IMG/VR virus record: IMGVR_UViG_3300030376_008154 | Span: 1 to 53,257 of that record | DNA: 53,257 nt | Direction: 5' to 3' (one strand) | Origin: a virus | Taxonomy: Duplodnaviria > Caudoviricetes | Shown: positions 37,501 through 46,281 of the stretch, in pieces | Layout of the letters: every line of letters begins with the position of its first letter | Position numbering within the stretch: the stretch's first letter is position 1 | Program-made: the position numbers and the translations under genes | The notes under the pieces: generated by a model | Seen by the model: only the letters and a program-made list of their open reading frames with translations | Told to the model about the DNA's origin: nothing | Database searches by the model: none

Positions 37501-38281
37501 GGTAACTTCTTCATATAATGCAGGAGTTACTGTTTCTTCATTTAATTCATATATTGGTGAAATTCCAATAAATAGTTATGAAACTGGTTCAATGAGTTTT
37601 AATTTTACAGGAAGTTACGATACCTTTGAAGGAACTTTAAGTGATTTTAAAAACAATAACTTTGATTTAAGTATTTGGCAACAATTTGGTAGTGGTTCTT
37701 ATGTATCTGCTTCTATAAAATCAGGTGATGACAAGCCCAAAGAGGTATTTCAACCTATAATAAGTGGTTCACGTGTTTATGGTAGAAATCAAAAAATAAA
37801 GAAAATTTACAGTTCTATATCAAATCAATTAGCAGGTATTGCTAATTCATCATCCTTTGAAAATATTGATATAGATAATCTAGCAGATGAATCATTAGCA
37901 AAATTCAATTCATATTATGCGGGTGTGAAAAATACGGAAGATTCAACTGTAGATGGCGGTTCACCAATTGAAATTGTAATAACTTCTCCAACTAAACTAG
38001 TTACTCAGAAAGGTGGTGATTCTACTTTAAAAACTGGTGATGGATTGGTACCTGATTTTAAACAAGTAGGTTCTAAAGAAAAGGGAGGAGAAAAACTTCA
38101 ATCTAAAGCAACCGGAGAGGATAGTACACAACCTATACAAATGACGCCACTTGAAGCAAAGAATTACTTTGAAAAGGGTATAGTTCCAGACAATCTAAAG
38201 AATGATAAATCTAATAAAGGTATTAAAGGTTCGAAAGATAAAGGTCAGGGAAAAGGCAATGGAAAGAGTTATAATAAATAA
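31517..38281 (+). CDS. Very large baseplate/tail structural protein (2254 aa) with carbohydrate-binding-like and LamG-like regions
   Basis: EISPSRTEVRL; LKHKGTVKALKGLINVYG tail-I-like segment; TIEFRFK...IFIGG...LSGSVMEYRHW LamG-like segment. Confidence 0.75.
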   Translation: MASNLKQSDKDLLSAGNKIRIGNKPYENGIFGSRESRDFIFFQLTDINGNVIEYRNIPYSQINLQENGNLLLQPPQQFKDSEITSGTYNVTYRFFRRLAGDDTTILIRTVPNAEDGKFMIWEDYENIEITDEGLVYEKLNVNGDFFERGQELQVKNLKYQIDEISPSRTEVRLRAQNFDGLNYKEDFFRLGEQLRKSISMPGSVIEFVADDGDLNDTNTIQINPMIDDFVFTPRMIDGTVQINDVFLVDEILITPKSDDIAKNGGGELTVISDLGDVKKLGDEFQWDTNLHSKAIQVQDWSNGFLGYLNKPTSIWGATIGLGYFAHWVQGEGKGGGICMKFPDINQTFEQTIEDWPAGNPHRPLLIQQQYFDSLEAFNVSHGDNILVTFDVKSTVINKPLRVTARYPNEPLTEPKPTNPPNGFYDPDAPDIDEEVPSIPDGFIGPGDLSGVEPEPPSNLNGIVEYFDLDVQQANAISIGINGPLHIGMTTADTIFGGVGFWKVEAVEGSGSSLSVSWIVNSDYSGFNLFNGLVSPEGQWVWDGVAISWSPNTGGGWSLPEATPGTVNSSEFPNAVNKSIYQQENVGVPVFERTTQIGQNAGWVTGFVGGGGSSARAILVKDDLLWEVTPSAGTDSGVRHYTFTEFFLTSTYSSGMTSYGSIKLNINEEGDGVVDVNGKTLDYLIFANGGFIQSITRDRKLTQPEDTPSGYVICYNDGLGTNKSNKIANLYRDTDFTYKIEIKAIENLSGGEVLNNSMQNLGNRCEVTLRTRPDKSYRFDFFFLVGSKVFVRKTSTSKHFLNPANSVQSAEFKFFESPDNISENDEFNLWLTEGEPQVCFEMYGIPVGNEDDDEQLHYWSKFHHIKFNEQQLVKKTGTDEISPGLLVANRIETNFNINDIFLGAGIVQRTGPDGGQPLEFGVLNPSAINFNPNAVYSDSTVQPEFDYSADPRRIGTLSPEEFWRWSGTVDSGWEYQGVIPIAFSSTRPAEPPIRTTKSNEWESFTVSIPVREDWILNATSAWSLNFEGHDFTDTNTFGISWIDNVEVKFEFTQQSTTKQILKPYVAQIKTVSDNGLIITTNKTFQEAAIELSDDDNPVEAVYDGTNNEGVYLSYQTEYLIFNPRELRTYIKLENSFFLTTNFRQDRQSIIEYPHGLVFKLYQPLPESVKRFDEITVVKEMVEPAVERMRVIDFIPEETGDRVLKSPDLGNLDSGIVRRTTQFKSESEILTADTNISEKLKSQFISQSFDSADINVDYTQYKNFTNFGSVEKRLENFKYKLELIESYNTQSGSLESISGSLKDMRKWEGLIKEVKNNFDGFESFMYFESSSYISSSLGVFHDNAWPKSSGTGTVRSPYVLAHTTSSQAKNWYNNSLKSASLYDEENLNKLSSLLPEHVRVDTNNDLYLKFTDMLGHHFDEIWLYIKAMGDVFDRRESLDQGISKDLLYEVGKSLGWTLSDGTDLVSLPRYATGAEVTGSSYSDYSAIAEKDMSREIWSRIINNMPFFLKHKGTVKALKGLINVYGIPSTILRVKEYGGPNVPNSDTPQFEISRKFTKALDFRGGQFVKTPWTGSLTGTERKPDTIEFRFKATTGSNQILVEKKSANPSSSFYIRLKDNNSVDNKGHVSFQLSGSDGLKEISSSMLPIYDGDFYSVMLRRTSGSDASNISQSFELSVGKYDASRSKIQYFSAVTMSTDIAASSSFNKTYADDGNIFIGGNTDLSNVGLRLSGSVMEYRHWTETLGVKHFKNHISNPKAYEGNHQTSSYQNLVLRYSFNDDKNLATDTVGIRDVSSTATPTTSGSHNGFTGNFYSNVVDETKTHIPSIGALRRVTNKVRIESNSIKEGEVLQYKKRATKSAYDSAPNDSNKVGIFFAPTDVINNDIINSVGDLNFDNFLGDPRDTKELSYRGLKLTSDSYWKKYNSPNSFWDYIRLLKFYDQSLFPQLKKMIPARAKSNVGVLVEPNIFERPKVVMGKNPTFEDLSFTSSINLTDSVISVTSSYNAGVTVSSFNSYIGEIPINSYETGSMSFNFTGSYDTFEGTLSDFKNNNFDLSIWQQFGSGSYVSASIKSGDDKPKEVFQPIISGSRVYGRNQKIKKIYSSISNQLAGIANSSSFENIDIDNLADESLAKFNSYYAGVKNTEDSTVDGGSPIEIVITSPTKLVTQKGGDSTLKTGDGLVPDFKQVGSKEKGGEKLQSKATGEDSTQPIQMTPLEAKNYFEKGIVPDNLKNDKSNKGIKGSKDKGQGKGNGKSYNK

Positions 38282-38355
38282 TAACAAAAATTAGAATTGT
38301 TTATATTTATATATGACTTCAAATATTTAAAAAAAACATATCTTAGGAGTAAATT

Positions 38356-39033
38356 ATGGGATTTCTAAACAATACGACCATCACAGTCGATGCCATATTA
38401 ACAAAAAAAGGTCGTGAATTATTAGCACAAGGTACAAGTGCATTTAACATCACCAAATTTGCGTTAGCAGATGACGAAGTGGATTACAAACTTTGGGATG
38501 TAACTCATCCTAACGGAACAGATTTCTATGGTAAGGTTATTGAAAACATGCCACTATTAGAAGCATTACCTGATGAAAATCACGTTATGAGATACAAATT
38601 GGTAACGCTACCGAAAAACACTTCTAAAATGCCTGTCTTAACTTTGAATCCATCATCAGTAACATTTACACAAAGCGGTGGGTTGAATCAACCACCTGTA
38701 GTAGTCAATGGAGTCACAGCAAATGTTGCGGATAATAGTTATACATTTATACTACACGACCAGTCAATTGTGGGTATGGAAATAGCTAGTGGAGCTGGAG
38801 CAGGTGCACCAGGTGCTTCCACACCATTTTTCTTAGGTGAAGATGATGCACCAAACAGTAAGACATTAGTCGCAAATAGTGTCAGAATATCCGTAATAGG
38901 ATTAGGTGCTGGTACACCAACTGGTGGTAAAGCAACACAACTTACTGTAATCGGAAATGATACAGGTGCAACTACATCGATAACAATTACAAATAAAGTA
39001 AGAATCACACAGGCAACTGTAGCGATTGATTAA
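38356..39033 (+). CDS. Virion baseplate/tail protein
   Basis: TVDAILTKKGRELLA...ITKFALADDEVDY N-terminus, typical of tail-collar/baseplate proteins. Confidence 0.65.
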   Translation: MGFLNNTTITVDAILTKKGRELLAQGTSAFNITKFALADDEVDYKLWDVTHPNGTDFYGKVIENMPLLEALPDENHVMRYKLVTLPKNTSKMPVLTLNPSSVTFTQSGGLNQPPVVVNGVTANVADNSYTFILHDQSIVGMEIASGAGAGAPGASTPFFLGEDDAPNSKTLVANSVRISVIGLGAGTPTGGKATQLTVIGNDTGATTSITITNKVRITQATVAID

Positions 39034-39043
39034 GGAGTAAAAT

Positions 39044-40069
39044 ATGTCAGTATATAAAGTATTCGACCAAAATAATGATGTGATATCAAATATCAAAGAT
39101 ACCGTATCTTCCGGTATGTGGGAAAATGGAGCTGGAACTCTAACTTCATTTTTCACATCATCAACTCAGTCTGGTAGTAGTGGAACTCATTACTTCGATA
39201 TGTACGGAACTAATCCACAGACAACTACAACTGCTAAAGCACAATTCTCAATAGCATACGGACACCTTAATGGAAGTGGTTCGAAAGGAACACTTGGTGT
39301 TGATGGATTAAGAGCATCCGCAGCAATATACAGACAATTATCCAATACATTATTAGGACCAAATGAAAGGCAATTTACTTTTGCAGGAACTGGTACTCAC
39401 ATTAAACCAAAATTTGTTTTTGCTATATCAGTTGCTAGAGAGTTTTTAAGAGAAAAAATGGATCCGGGTAATTGGGAGTTACATATAAGTGGAAGTGGTA
39501 ATACAAAATTAAAATTTATTGACGATAGTGGTGCGACAACAAACCCCGTTGTAAATCAGGGTGGTAGAGTATTTAATATTGTTAGTGGTTCAATTGCAAC
39601 TGGAACTGCGGTAATTAAAACAGCTGCTACATCACAAGAAGGTGGTGCTTATGGATTATTTTATCCTGATTTAGGTATACTTGTATTCAACGGACCTGTA
39701 TTGAACACATCTGCATCTCTTGGTCACGTGTCAGCAAGTAATACTAACGGTGATAATAATAATAAATTCTATGAGAGAATCAGAGTTGCAGGAAAGTTTC
39801 AAGCAAGAAGAGAGGAAGTAATTACATCTCAACATTATTTTGTACGAGCAGGAAATCAAGAGTTTAACTTTAGTTCTAACCCAACTTTTTCTACAGCATC
39901 AGATGGTTCATTTACAGTTCCATCCTACTTTAAAAATCCTAGATCTTTTATAACTCAGGTAGGATTGTATAATGAGTCGAATGAGTTACTGGCTATCGCT
40001 AAGTTAAGTAAACCACTATTGAAATCTTTTTCTAGAGAAGCTCTTATTAAAGTCAAATTAGACTTCTAA
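39044..40069 (+). CDS. Virion structural protein
   Basis: Ser/Gly/Thr-rich; C-terminal ITQVGLYN..NELLAIAKL..P. Confidence 0.65.
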   Translation: MSVYKVFDQNNDVISNIKDTVSSGMWENGAGTLTSFFTSSTQSGSSGTHYFDMYGTNPQTTTTAKAQFSIAYGHLNGSGSKGTLGVDGLRASAAIYRQLSNTLLGPNERQFTFAGTGTHIKPKFVFAISVAREFLREKMDPGNWELHISGSGNTKLKFIDDSGATTNPVVNQGGRVFNIVSGSIATGTAVIKTAATSQEGGAYGLFYPDLGILVFNGPVLNTSASLGHVSASNTNGDNNNKFYERIRVAGKFQARREEVITSQHYFVRAGNQEFNFSSNPTFSTASDGSFTVPSYFKNPRSFITQVGLYNESNELLAIAKLSKPLLKSFSREALIKVKLDF

Positions 40070-40086
40070 GCTGGGAGATATAGGTC

Positions 40087-41112
40087 ATGTTCAAACGACT
40101 AGACCCAGGCGATATAAGTATAACACCATTTAAAGCTTATAAAGAGTTTACTGTCACAAATACGGATAGTGGTAGTCAAGTTTATAATTTTAGAGCAATA
40201 AGTGGTAGTACAAGTAATTACAACACAGCATCAAGTGCTGGAGGAGTTACTGTATTTCCGTCAGCATCATTTTTTCACTTACCATCTTGGTTTCTAATAA
40301 ATAATTTGTATTATAAACAAAAAAGTGGTAACACAAAAAGAACTTTATCACAAATAAATCCTTTTGATAACTTTGGTTCTAATTCCCAAAATCAGTTTAG
40401 GTTTTTACATACATCAGCTTCAGTAATATCAATTCCCCAAACACTATTTGGAGAAAGAATAAGACCAGGTTCTATTGAATTAACTGATGATTCAACTGCA
40501 TCTACTGTACTTCTTAAAGACGATGGTGATGGTAATATTTATGATAATCAATTTTCACAATCTTACGCATCATTCAAAAGTGGTTCTTTAGAAAATGGTA
40601 GATTTGATTTTTCTAAACTTACTCAAACTACAGGCTCGGTAGTAGGTAATATATTTTACGATCATGGAGTCATTGTAATAACTGATACTGGAAGTCGTTA
40701 TGTTGATGTAGCACAAAAAAGAGGTAATGATGGTTACTCACTAAAATACAAAGCAACACAAACCATTTATGAACATGAATATACATGTATCATTGGACAA
40801 AATGAATTTAACGGTACTTCAAACATATCAGCTACTTTAGGTAGAAGTGGTAGTATTTCAGTATCAGGTTCAGATAGTTGGACTTTATTTCCACCTGGTG
40901 ATGCAAAATTTAAAAGTGGTTCATATAAACATTCTTATGATGCAGCTACTAGATATGAAAACTTTGTCACTCATTCCGATTTTAGACCTTATATAACAAA
41001 AGTTGGTTTGTATAATGATTTTAATCAATTAGTCGCAATTGGTTCCTTATCCGCACCTATAAAAAATGAAAAAGATTTAGATTTAAGTATAGTGATAAGG
41101 TTTGATGCATAA
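40087..41112 (+). CDS. Virion structural protein, paralog-like to 39044..40069
   Basis: Shares E.I.PG, DD.G, G..FY..G and ITKVGLYN..N.L.AI..L..P motifs with the previous gene. Confidence 0.65.
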   Translation: MFKRLDPGDISITPFKAYKEFTVTNTDSGSQVYNFRAISGSTSNYNTASSAGGVTVFPSASFFHLPSWFLINNLYYKQKSGNTKRTLSQINPFDNFGSNSQNQFRFLHTSASVISIPQTLFGERIRPGSIELTDDSTASTVLLKDDGDGNIYDNQFSQSYASFKSGSLENGRFDFSKLTQTTGSVVGNIFYDHGVIVITDTGSRYVDVAQKRGNDGYSLKYKATQTIYEHEYTCIIGQNEFNGTSNISATLGRSGSISVSGSDSWTLFPPGDAKFKSGSYKHSYDAATRYENFVTHSDFRPYITKVGLYNDFNQLVAIGSLSAPIKNEKDLDLSIVIRFDA

Positions 41113-41501
41113 TGGGTAAATTTAAAAAAATGATGGAGCATTCCTTTCTAGTTTCTGAGAGGGTTGATTATATGGAGATTGCTAAGCAATTAGTAAGGTC
41201 ATATGGCTTAAAATCTAAAGTAAAGATGGGTAGGGGTAAAAACTTTGGAGAGTATAAGCCTGAAACTGATACAGTTACTCTTAGACCTAATTACAAAACT
41301 GTAAAGGATTTTTTATTAACTATACTTCATGAGATAGGACATGCATTAGATGCAAAAAGATTAGGTGTAAAAAAGTTTATGAAGAAATATACACAAGCAG
41401 GTACAATGGCTGCTTACGATGGATTAGATCCACACGATGATAATAAGTGGGAAGAAAAAGCAGAAAGGTTTGCAAGAAAAGAATTATCAAAGTGGTTGTA
41501 A
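41112..41501 (+). CDS. HExxH metallopeptidase-like protein (ImmA/IrrE-type)
   Basis: TILHEIGHALD and downstream WEEKAERFA. Confidence 0.75.
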   Translation: MGKFKKMMEHSFLVSERVDYMEIAKQLVRSYGLKSKVKMGRGKNFGEYKPETDTVTLRPNYKTVKDFLLTILHEIGHALDAKRLGVKKFMKKYTQAGTMAAYDGLDPHDDNKWEEKAERFARKELSKWL

Positions 41502-41540
41502 AATAAATTTGTATTTGAGATAATTACTTTATATATATTA
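41500..41540 (+). promoter_or_regulatory. Class-II promoter-like element, copy 2
   Basis: Exact 21-nt match to 19043-19063 plus ATATATATTA at the same spacing. Confidence 0.65.
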
Positions 41541-41624
41541 ATAATGTTAACATTTTATTTGGTTATGAAAAAATCTGATAGGTTTTTTATTAAGATTTTT
41601 ACGCCTGTAAGCCAATTAAAATTT

Positions 41625-41681
41625 AAGCATTTAATAATAAGCAATAATAATAATACTAATAAGCAATAGCAATAAAGCAAT
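41625..41681 (+). repeat. Iterated (A)AGCAAT motifs in an AT-rich intergenic region
   Basis: AAGCATT at 41625, AAGCAAT at 41639, 41661 and 41675, AGCAAT at 41668. Confidence 0.5.
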
Positions 41682-42035
41682 ATGAAAACAAGAAGCGCTA
41701 AAAACAAAGGCAAAAGGCTTCAAAATAATATTAAAGATTTATTACTAGAATCCTTTGTTGAACTTGAAGAGGATGATATCCGTTCAGCTATTATGGGAGA
41801 AACTGGTGAAGATATAAAATTATCACCAGCTGCAAGAAAACTTATACCGTATTCATTTGAATGTAAGAATCAAGAAAAGATAAACATATGGGATTCATTG
41901 AAACAAGCTGAAGAAAATAGTGGTGATTACGATCCTGTATTGATATTTAAAAGAAACAGAAGTAAAACATACGCTGTAATTAACATAGAAAAATTTATAG
42001 AATTAATAAATGAAAATAGTAAACCTTCTAAATAG
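41682..42035 (+). CDS. PD-(D/E)XK nuclease, putative Holliday junction resolvase
   Basis: SAKNKG.R, MGETGEDI, SFECKNQE and P.LIFKRNR motifs. Confidence 0.75.
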   Translation: MKTRSAKNKGKRLQNNIKDLLLESFVELEEDDIRSAIMGETGEDIKLSPAARKLIPYSFECKNQEKINIWDSLKQAEENSGDYDPVLIFKRNRSKTYAVINIEKFIELINENSKPSK

Positions 42036-42942
42036 AGTAATAGGAAATCACGGTAGAAGATTAAAGAAAGCCGATGAGTATATGTATTGGTCTCCTTTTA
42101 CATCACATCATAAACCTAAATTACAAATCAATATACAAACTCAGAAATGGCATTGTTGGGTTAGTAATCAAGGTGGACATAATCTATTTCAGTTATTTAA
42201 AAAACTTAATGCTACAAGAGAACAATATAATGAGTTATCAGGTATAGTTGGTGATAAAAAAAGGTATGTCAGTAAAAAGAATATTAAAGAGAAACTGAAT
42301 TTACCAAAGGAATTTATTTCACTATCAGCAGCAAATAATTCAATTACCAGAAGACATGCTATTTCACATCTTAAAAAAAGAAATATTCACCCAATAGATA
42401 TTCTAAGATATAATATTGGATTTTGTGAAGATGGTTTATATGCTGATAGAATCATTGTACCCTCATACGATAAAAATGGTGAATTGAATTACTTTATCGC
42501 GAGAAGTATTTTTGATGGTGGTATGAAATATAAAAATCCACCTGTATCAAAAAATGTAATCGGGTTCGAATTATTTATAAATTGGAATGAACCGATAATT
42601 TTATGCGAGGGTGTATTTGACGCCATCGCAGTAAAAAGAAACGTAATACCTTTATTTGGTAAAACGATACCAAAAATCCTTATGAAAGAAATATTTGAAA
42701 AAAGAGTTCGTAAGATATATATATTACTAGATAGTGATGCTTATTGGGATTCTATCAAAATGACAGATGTACTTATGAGAAATGGTATTGATGTCAAAAT
42801 GGTAAGGCTTAAAGACAAAGACCCATCTGATATGGGATTTGAAAAAGTCACCCATTTGATTAAAGATTCTCAAACTACATCTTTTTCAGATTTAATTAGG
42901 ATGAAATTAAATGGCAAGTCAAAGAAATATATGGAAATATAA
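42010..42942 (+). CDS. DnaG-type DNA primase
   Basis: RIIVP, F.AR, KYKNPP, TOPRIM LCEGVFDA...LDSD and KDPSD. Confidence 0.9.
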   Translation: MKIVNLLNRVIGNHGRRLKKADEYMYWSPFTSHHKPKLQINIQTQKWHCWVSNQGGHNLFQLFKKLNATREQYNELSGIVGDKKRYVSKKNIKEKLNLPKEFISLSAANNSITRRHAISHLKKRNIHPIDILRYNIGFCEDGLYADRIIVPSYDKNGELNYFIARSIFDGGMKYKNPPVSKNVIGFELFINWNEPIILCEGVFDAIAVKRNVIPLFGKTIPKILMKEIFEKRVRKIYILLDSDAYWDSIKMTDVLMRNGIDVKMVRLKDKDPSDMGFEKVTHLIKDSQTTSFSDLIRMKLNGKSKKYMEI

Positions 42943-43129
42943 TGATGAAGAGTGGAAAGTACACGTTAGTGATGACGGAATTTGTGAAAAACTTGTTACT
43001 AATTTTGGTTTGGAACGCAGCACGATATACTATGAAAATGGTGGACTCGTTGAAGAAACTGCTTGGGATATAGTTGTACCAAATAAAAAAATTAAAGAAG
43101 TTAGAAAATTCTTAAAGGATAATACTTGA
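42911..43129 (+). CDS. Hypothetical protein
   Basis: 72-aa ORF overlapping the primase and coupled to the next gene. Confidence 0.6.
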   Translation: MASQRNIWKYNDEEWKVHVSDDGICEKLVTNFGLERSTIYYENGGLVEETAWDIVVPNKKIKEVRKFLKDNT

Positions 43130-46100
43130 TTAAAGAAAATGTTGTTAAAGTACCTTTTCGTAAGTTAAAATACATTCATCATATTTCGGATATACAAATC
43201 CGAAACCTCAAGCGACATAAGGAGTATGAGGAAGTATTTGAACGCACTTACGAGGAAGTAAAAAAACATAAAGATAATGCTGTAGTTTATATCGGTGGTG
43301 ATATAGCTCATTCAAAAACTGAAATGTCGCCTGAATTAGTAGATCAGCTCTCACGATTATTTAAGAATCTGGCAGATATATGTCCTACAATTATTATTGC
43401 AGGTAATCACGATTGTAATTTAAATAATCTCTCTCGAATGGATGTTCTTTCTCCTATCGTAAACAACCTACAACATTCTGATTTACACTACTTAAAGCGT
43501 AGTGGTGTATACAAATGTGCTGATGTAAAGTTTGTTGTATGGGATGTATGGGAAAAGGAAGATGATTATATAGAAGCTAAAGACTTTGATGGTGATACCA
43601 AGGTAGTTCTCTTTCACGGAACAGTTGATAAGTCAGAAACAGATTTAGGATTTTTTCTTCCATCGGATGTGAAGATTGCTAAATTCAAAGGTTACGATTT
43701 GGGACTATTAGGTGATATTCATAAAAGACAGCACCTTAATAAAGAAGAAACTATATCTTACTGTGGTTCATTAGTACAGCAAAATCACGGTGAGGGATTA
43801 TCTCATGGTTATTTACTATGGGATGTTCCTAAGAGAAAGTCAGAGTATATTGAAATACCAAATGACTACGGCTATTATACTATTGATATTGATGACGGAA
43901 AGGTTTCAGATTGTACTGATATACCCAAAAAAGCTAGATTAAGAGTTAGGGTATCTAATACAACGCCATCTCAATTAAAAAAAGCTATGACTATGATTCA
44001 TAGTACATATGGTATAAAAGAAGTTTCTGTCACAAGAACAGATTCACTCACATCTTCGGAAAAGGTAAGAGGACAAAGAATTACAGTAGGTGATGTAAGA
44101 GATGCTGATTATCAATATGGCTTGATAGAAGAATATCTAAAACAAAATCACTTTGTAGATACTGAAACTCTATTAGATATAAAAAAGATAAATAAAGAAC
44201 TAAACACCCTTTTACCAGCAGATGATGTAAATAGAGGAATAACTTGGGATGTAAAGAAGTTTGAGTTTGACAATATGTTTAGTTATGGAGAAAACAATGT
44301 AGTTGATTTCACAAAGCTAAATGGTATAGTGGGAATATTCGCTCCTAATGCGAGTGGTAAATCTTCTTTATTAGATGCTCTTTCTTTCTGTTTATTTGAT
44401 ACATCCTCAAGAGCTTATAAAGCATTAAATGTTTTAAATAATAAAAAAGATAAATTTTATTGTAAAGCAACTCTAGAAGTAGAAGGTGTTGAATATTTCA
44501 TAGAGAGAAAGGGTAAGAAACAAAGAAGTGGTCATGTAAAAGTAGATGTTGACTTTTGGACATTTGATGATGCTGGTGAAAAGTTATCTTTAAATGGAGA
44601 CCAAAGAAGAACTACCGATGTAAATATTCGTAAGGTTATTGGAACTTATGAAGATTTTATTATGACTGCTTTATCACTTCAAACTAACTCTACCGTTTTT
44701 ATTGATAAAACACAAAAAGAAAGAAAAGACTTATTAGCACAATTTATGGGTATTGGTGTTTTCGACCAACTGTATACATTAGCTTCCGATGAAATTCACG
44801 ATGTACAATCACTCTTAAAATCATTTACGAATAATGATTATGCTAGAGAGTTAGCAGATATAAAAACCGACTTAGTTGAATTAAAAGATAATTCTAAAAA
44901 GTTAGCTAATAATAAAAAAGATTTAGTTTCTGATAAGAAAACAGAAGATAAAAATATTATTAGTTTGACAAAACAACTTAAAAAAGTTGATGATACCGCA
45001 GATAGTTTAGATGAGTTACAAGAACGTAAAATAAATTTGAGTAACTCTTTAAACAAAGTAGATGAGAGAGTTGGTGAGATTGCCACGTTATCTGAACAAT
45101 ATTCTGTAGAAGAAACTGAACTAAATGAAAAGATAAAAATCTATAGAGAAAATGAAATAGATAAAAAATTTGCACAGTTAGAACAATACAAATTAGATAA
45201 AAGCAATAATCAGATTGAGATTGATAAACTTAAAATAGAAGTTCAGAACAAATTAGAAAAGATTGAAAAGCTTGGTAATTTAGAATATGATTCCAACTGT
45301 TCTTATTGTATGGCAAATCCATTTACATTAGATGCTATGGAAACAAAAAAGAAGTTAAATGATGATAAGATGTTAGCTGATAGTTTCGTAAAACAATCTG
45401 ATAACTTAGATGATATCATAAATGGTTTATCTCATATTACCGCCCATAAAGAACAGATGGATGGATCTATAAATAGTCTTAGTTTACTTGCTTCTAATAT
45501 CAGTAAGTTAGATAGTGAGAAGAAACTTACTACTGAAAAAAGAAAAAATCTAATTAGTCAATTAGCAATTATAGAAGATAAGATTAATCTATACCACGAA
45601 CAAGAAAAAGATATTATCTTTAATAAAGGACTACATAAAGACATTGAGAATTCTCAAATTAAATCTGATGATTTAGAAGAATCTATTGAAGAAACTGATA
45701 AAAAACTTCAATCTGTAAATGGTGAGATAAAAGTTTTAGAGACACAACAAAAAACCATTATGCAGAATATAAAGAAAGTAGAAGAGTTGGAAGATAAATA
45801 TGCTGCTTATCAATATTATATGGATGCTATAAAAAGAGATGGTATTCCTTATGAATTGATATCTAAAGCATTACCTACAATTGAAGGTGCTGTGAATGAT
45901 ATACTAGCACAAATAGTAGACTTTTCTATGATATTGGAAATGGATGGTAAGAATATTAATTGTTACATAGTGTACGATGATGACAATGTATGGCCACTTG
46001 AATTATCTAGTGGTATGGAACGATTTATCTCATCTCTAGCCATGCGTGTGGGATTAATAAATGTAAGTAATTTACCAGCACCAAACTTCTTAGCAATTGA

Positions 46101-46281
46101 TGAGGGATGGGGAACTATGGATTCTGATAATTTAAATTCTGTATATAATTTATTTCAATATCTAAAATCACAATTTCAATTTACGATGATTGTTTCTCAT
46201 ATAGATTCTATGAGAGATGCTGTTGATACTTTGTTAGAAATAAAGAAAGAAAATAATTTTTCTAACGTTGTGTACGGTTAG
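43126..46281 (+). CDS. Fused Mre11/SbcD nuclease - Rad50/SbcC ATPase (T4 gp47-gp46-like)
   Basis: Phosphoesterase motifs SDIQ, GGDI, AGNHD, HG and GDIH; Walker A APNASGKS, coiled coil with CSYC hook, LSSGME, Walker B AIDEG and IVSH. Confidence 0.93.
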   Translation: MIKENVVKVPFRKLKYIHHISDIQIRNLKRHKEYEEVFERTYEEVKKHKDNAVVYIGGDIAHSKTEMSPELVDQLSRLFKNLADICPTIIIAGNHDCNLNNLSRMDVLSPIVNNLQHSDLHYLKRSGVYKCADVKFVVWDVWEKEDDYIEAKDFDGDTKVVLFHGTVDKSETDLGFFLPSDVKIAKFKGYDLGLLGDIHKRQHLNKEETISYCGSLVQQNHGEGLSHGYLLWDVPKRKSEYIEIPNDYGYYTIDIDDGKVSDCTDIPKKARLRVRVSNTTPSQLKKAMTMIHSTYGIKEVSVTRTDSLTSSEKVRGQRITVGDVRDADYQYGLIEEYLKQNHFVDTETLLDIKKINKELNTLLPADDVNRGITWDVKKFEFDNMFSYGENNVVDFTKLNGIVGIFAPNASGKSSLLDALSFCLFDTSSRAYKALNVLNNKKDKFYCKATLEVEGVEYFIERKGKKQRSGHVKVDVDFWTFDDAGEKLSLNGDQRRTTDVNIRKVIGTYEDFIMTALSLQTNSTVFIDKTQKERKDLLAQFMGIGVFDQLYTLASDEIHDVQSLLKSFTNNDYARELADIKTDLVELKDNSKKLANNKKDLVSDKKTEDKNIISLTKQLKKVDDTADSLDELQERKINLSNSLNKVDERVGEIATLSEQYSVEETELNEKIKIYRENEIDKKFAQLEQYKLDKSNNQIEIDKLKIEVQNKLEKIEKLGNLEYDSNCSYCMANPFTLDAMETKKKLNDDKMLADSFVKQSDNLDDIINGLSHITAHKEQMDGSINSLSLLASNISKLDSEKKLTTEKRKNLISQLAIIEDKINLYHEQEKDIIFNKGLHKDIENSQIKSDDLEESIEETDKKLQSVNGEIKVLETQQKTIMQNIKKVEELEDKYAAYQYYMDAIKRDGIPYELISKALPTIEGAVNDILAQIVDFSMILEMDGKNINCYIVYDDDNVWPLELSSGMERFISSLAMRVGLINVSNLPAPNFLAIDEGWGTMDSDNLNSVYNLFQYLKSQFQFTMIVSHIDSMRDAVDTLLEIKKENNFSNVVYG

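Noticed and set aside
27663-41112. Bacterial contractile injection system (T6SS/eCIS/tailocin) instead of a phage
   Set aside because: The baseplate genes are embedded with primase, resolvase, Mre11-Rad50, a sigma factor, tRNAs and dense small ORFs, with no bacterial housekeeping context.
42010-46281. Inteins or introns in primase or Mre11-Rad50
   Set aside because: Motif spacing is continuous; no intein termini or homing-endonuclease insert was seen.
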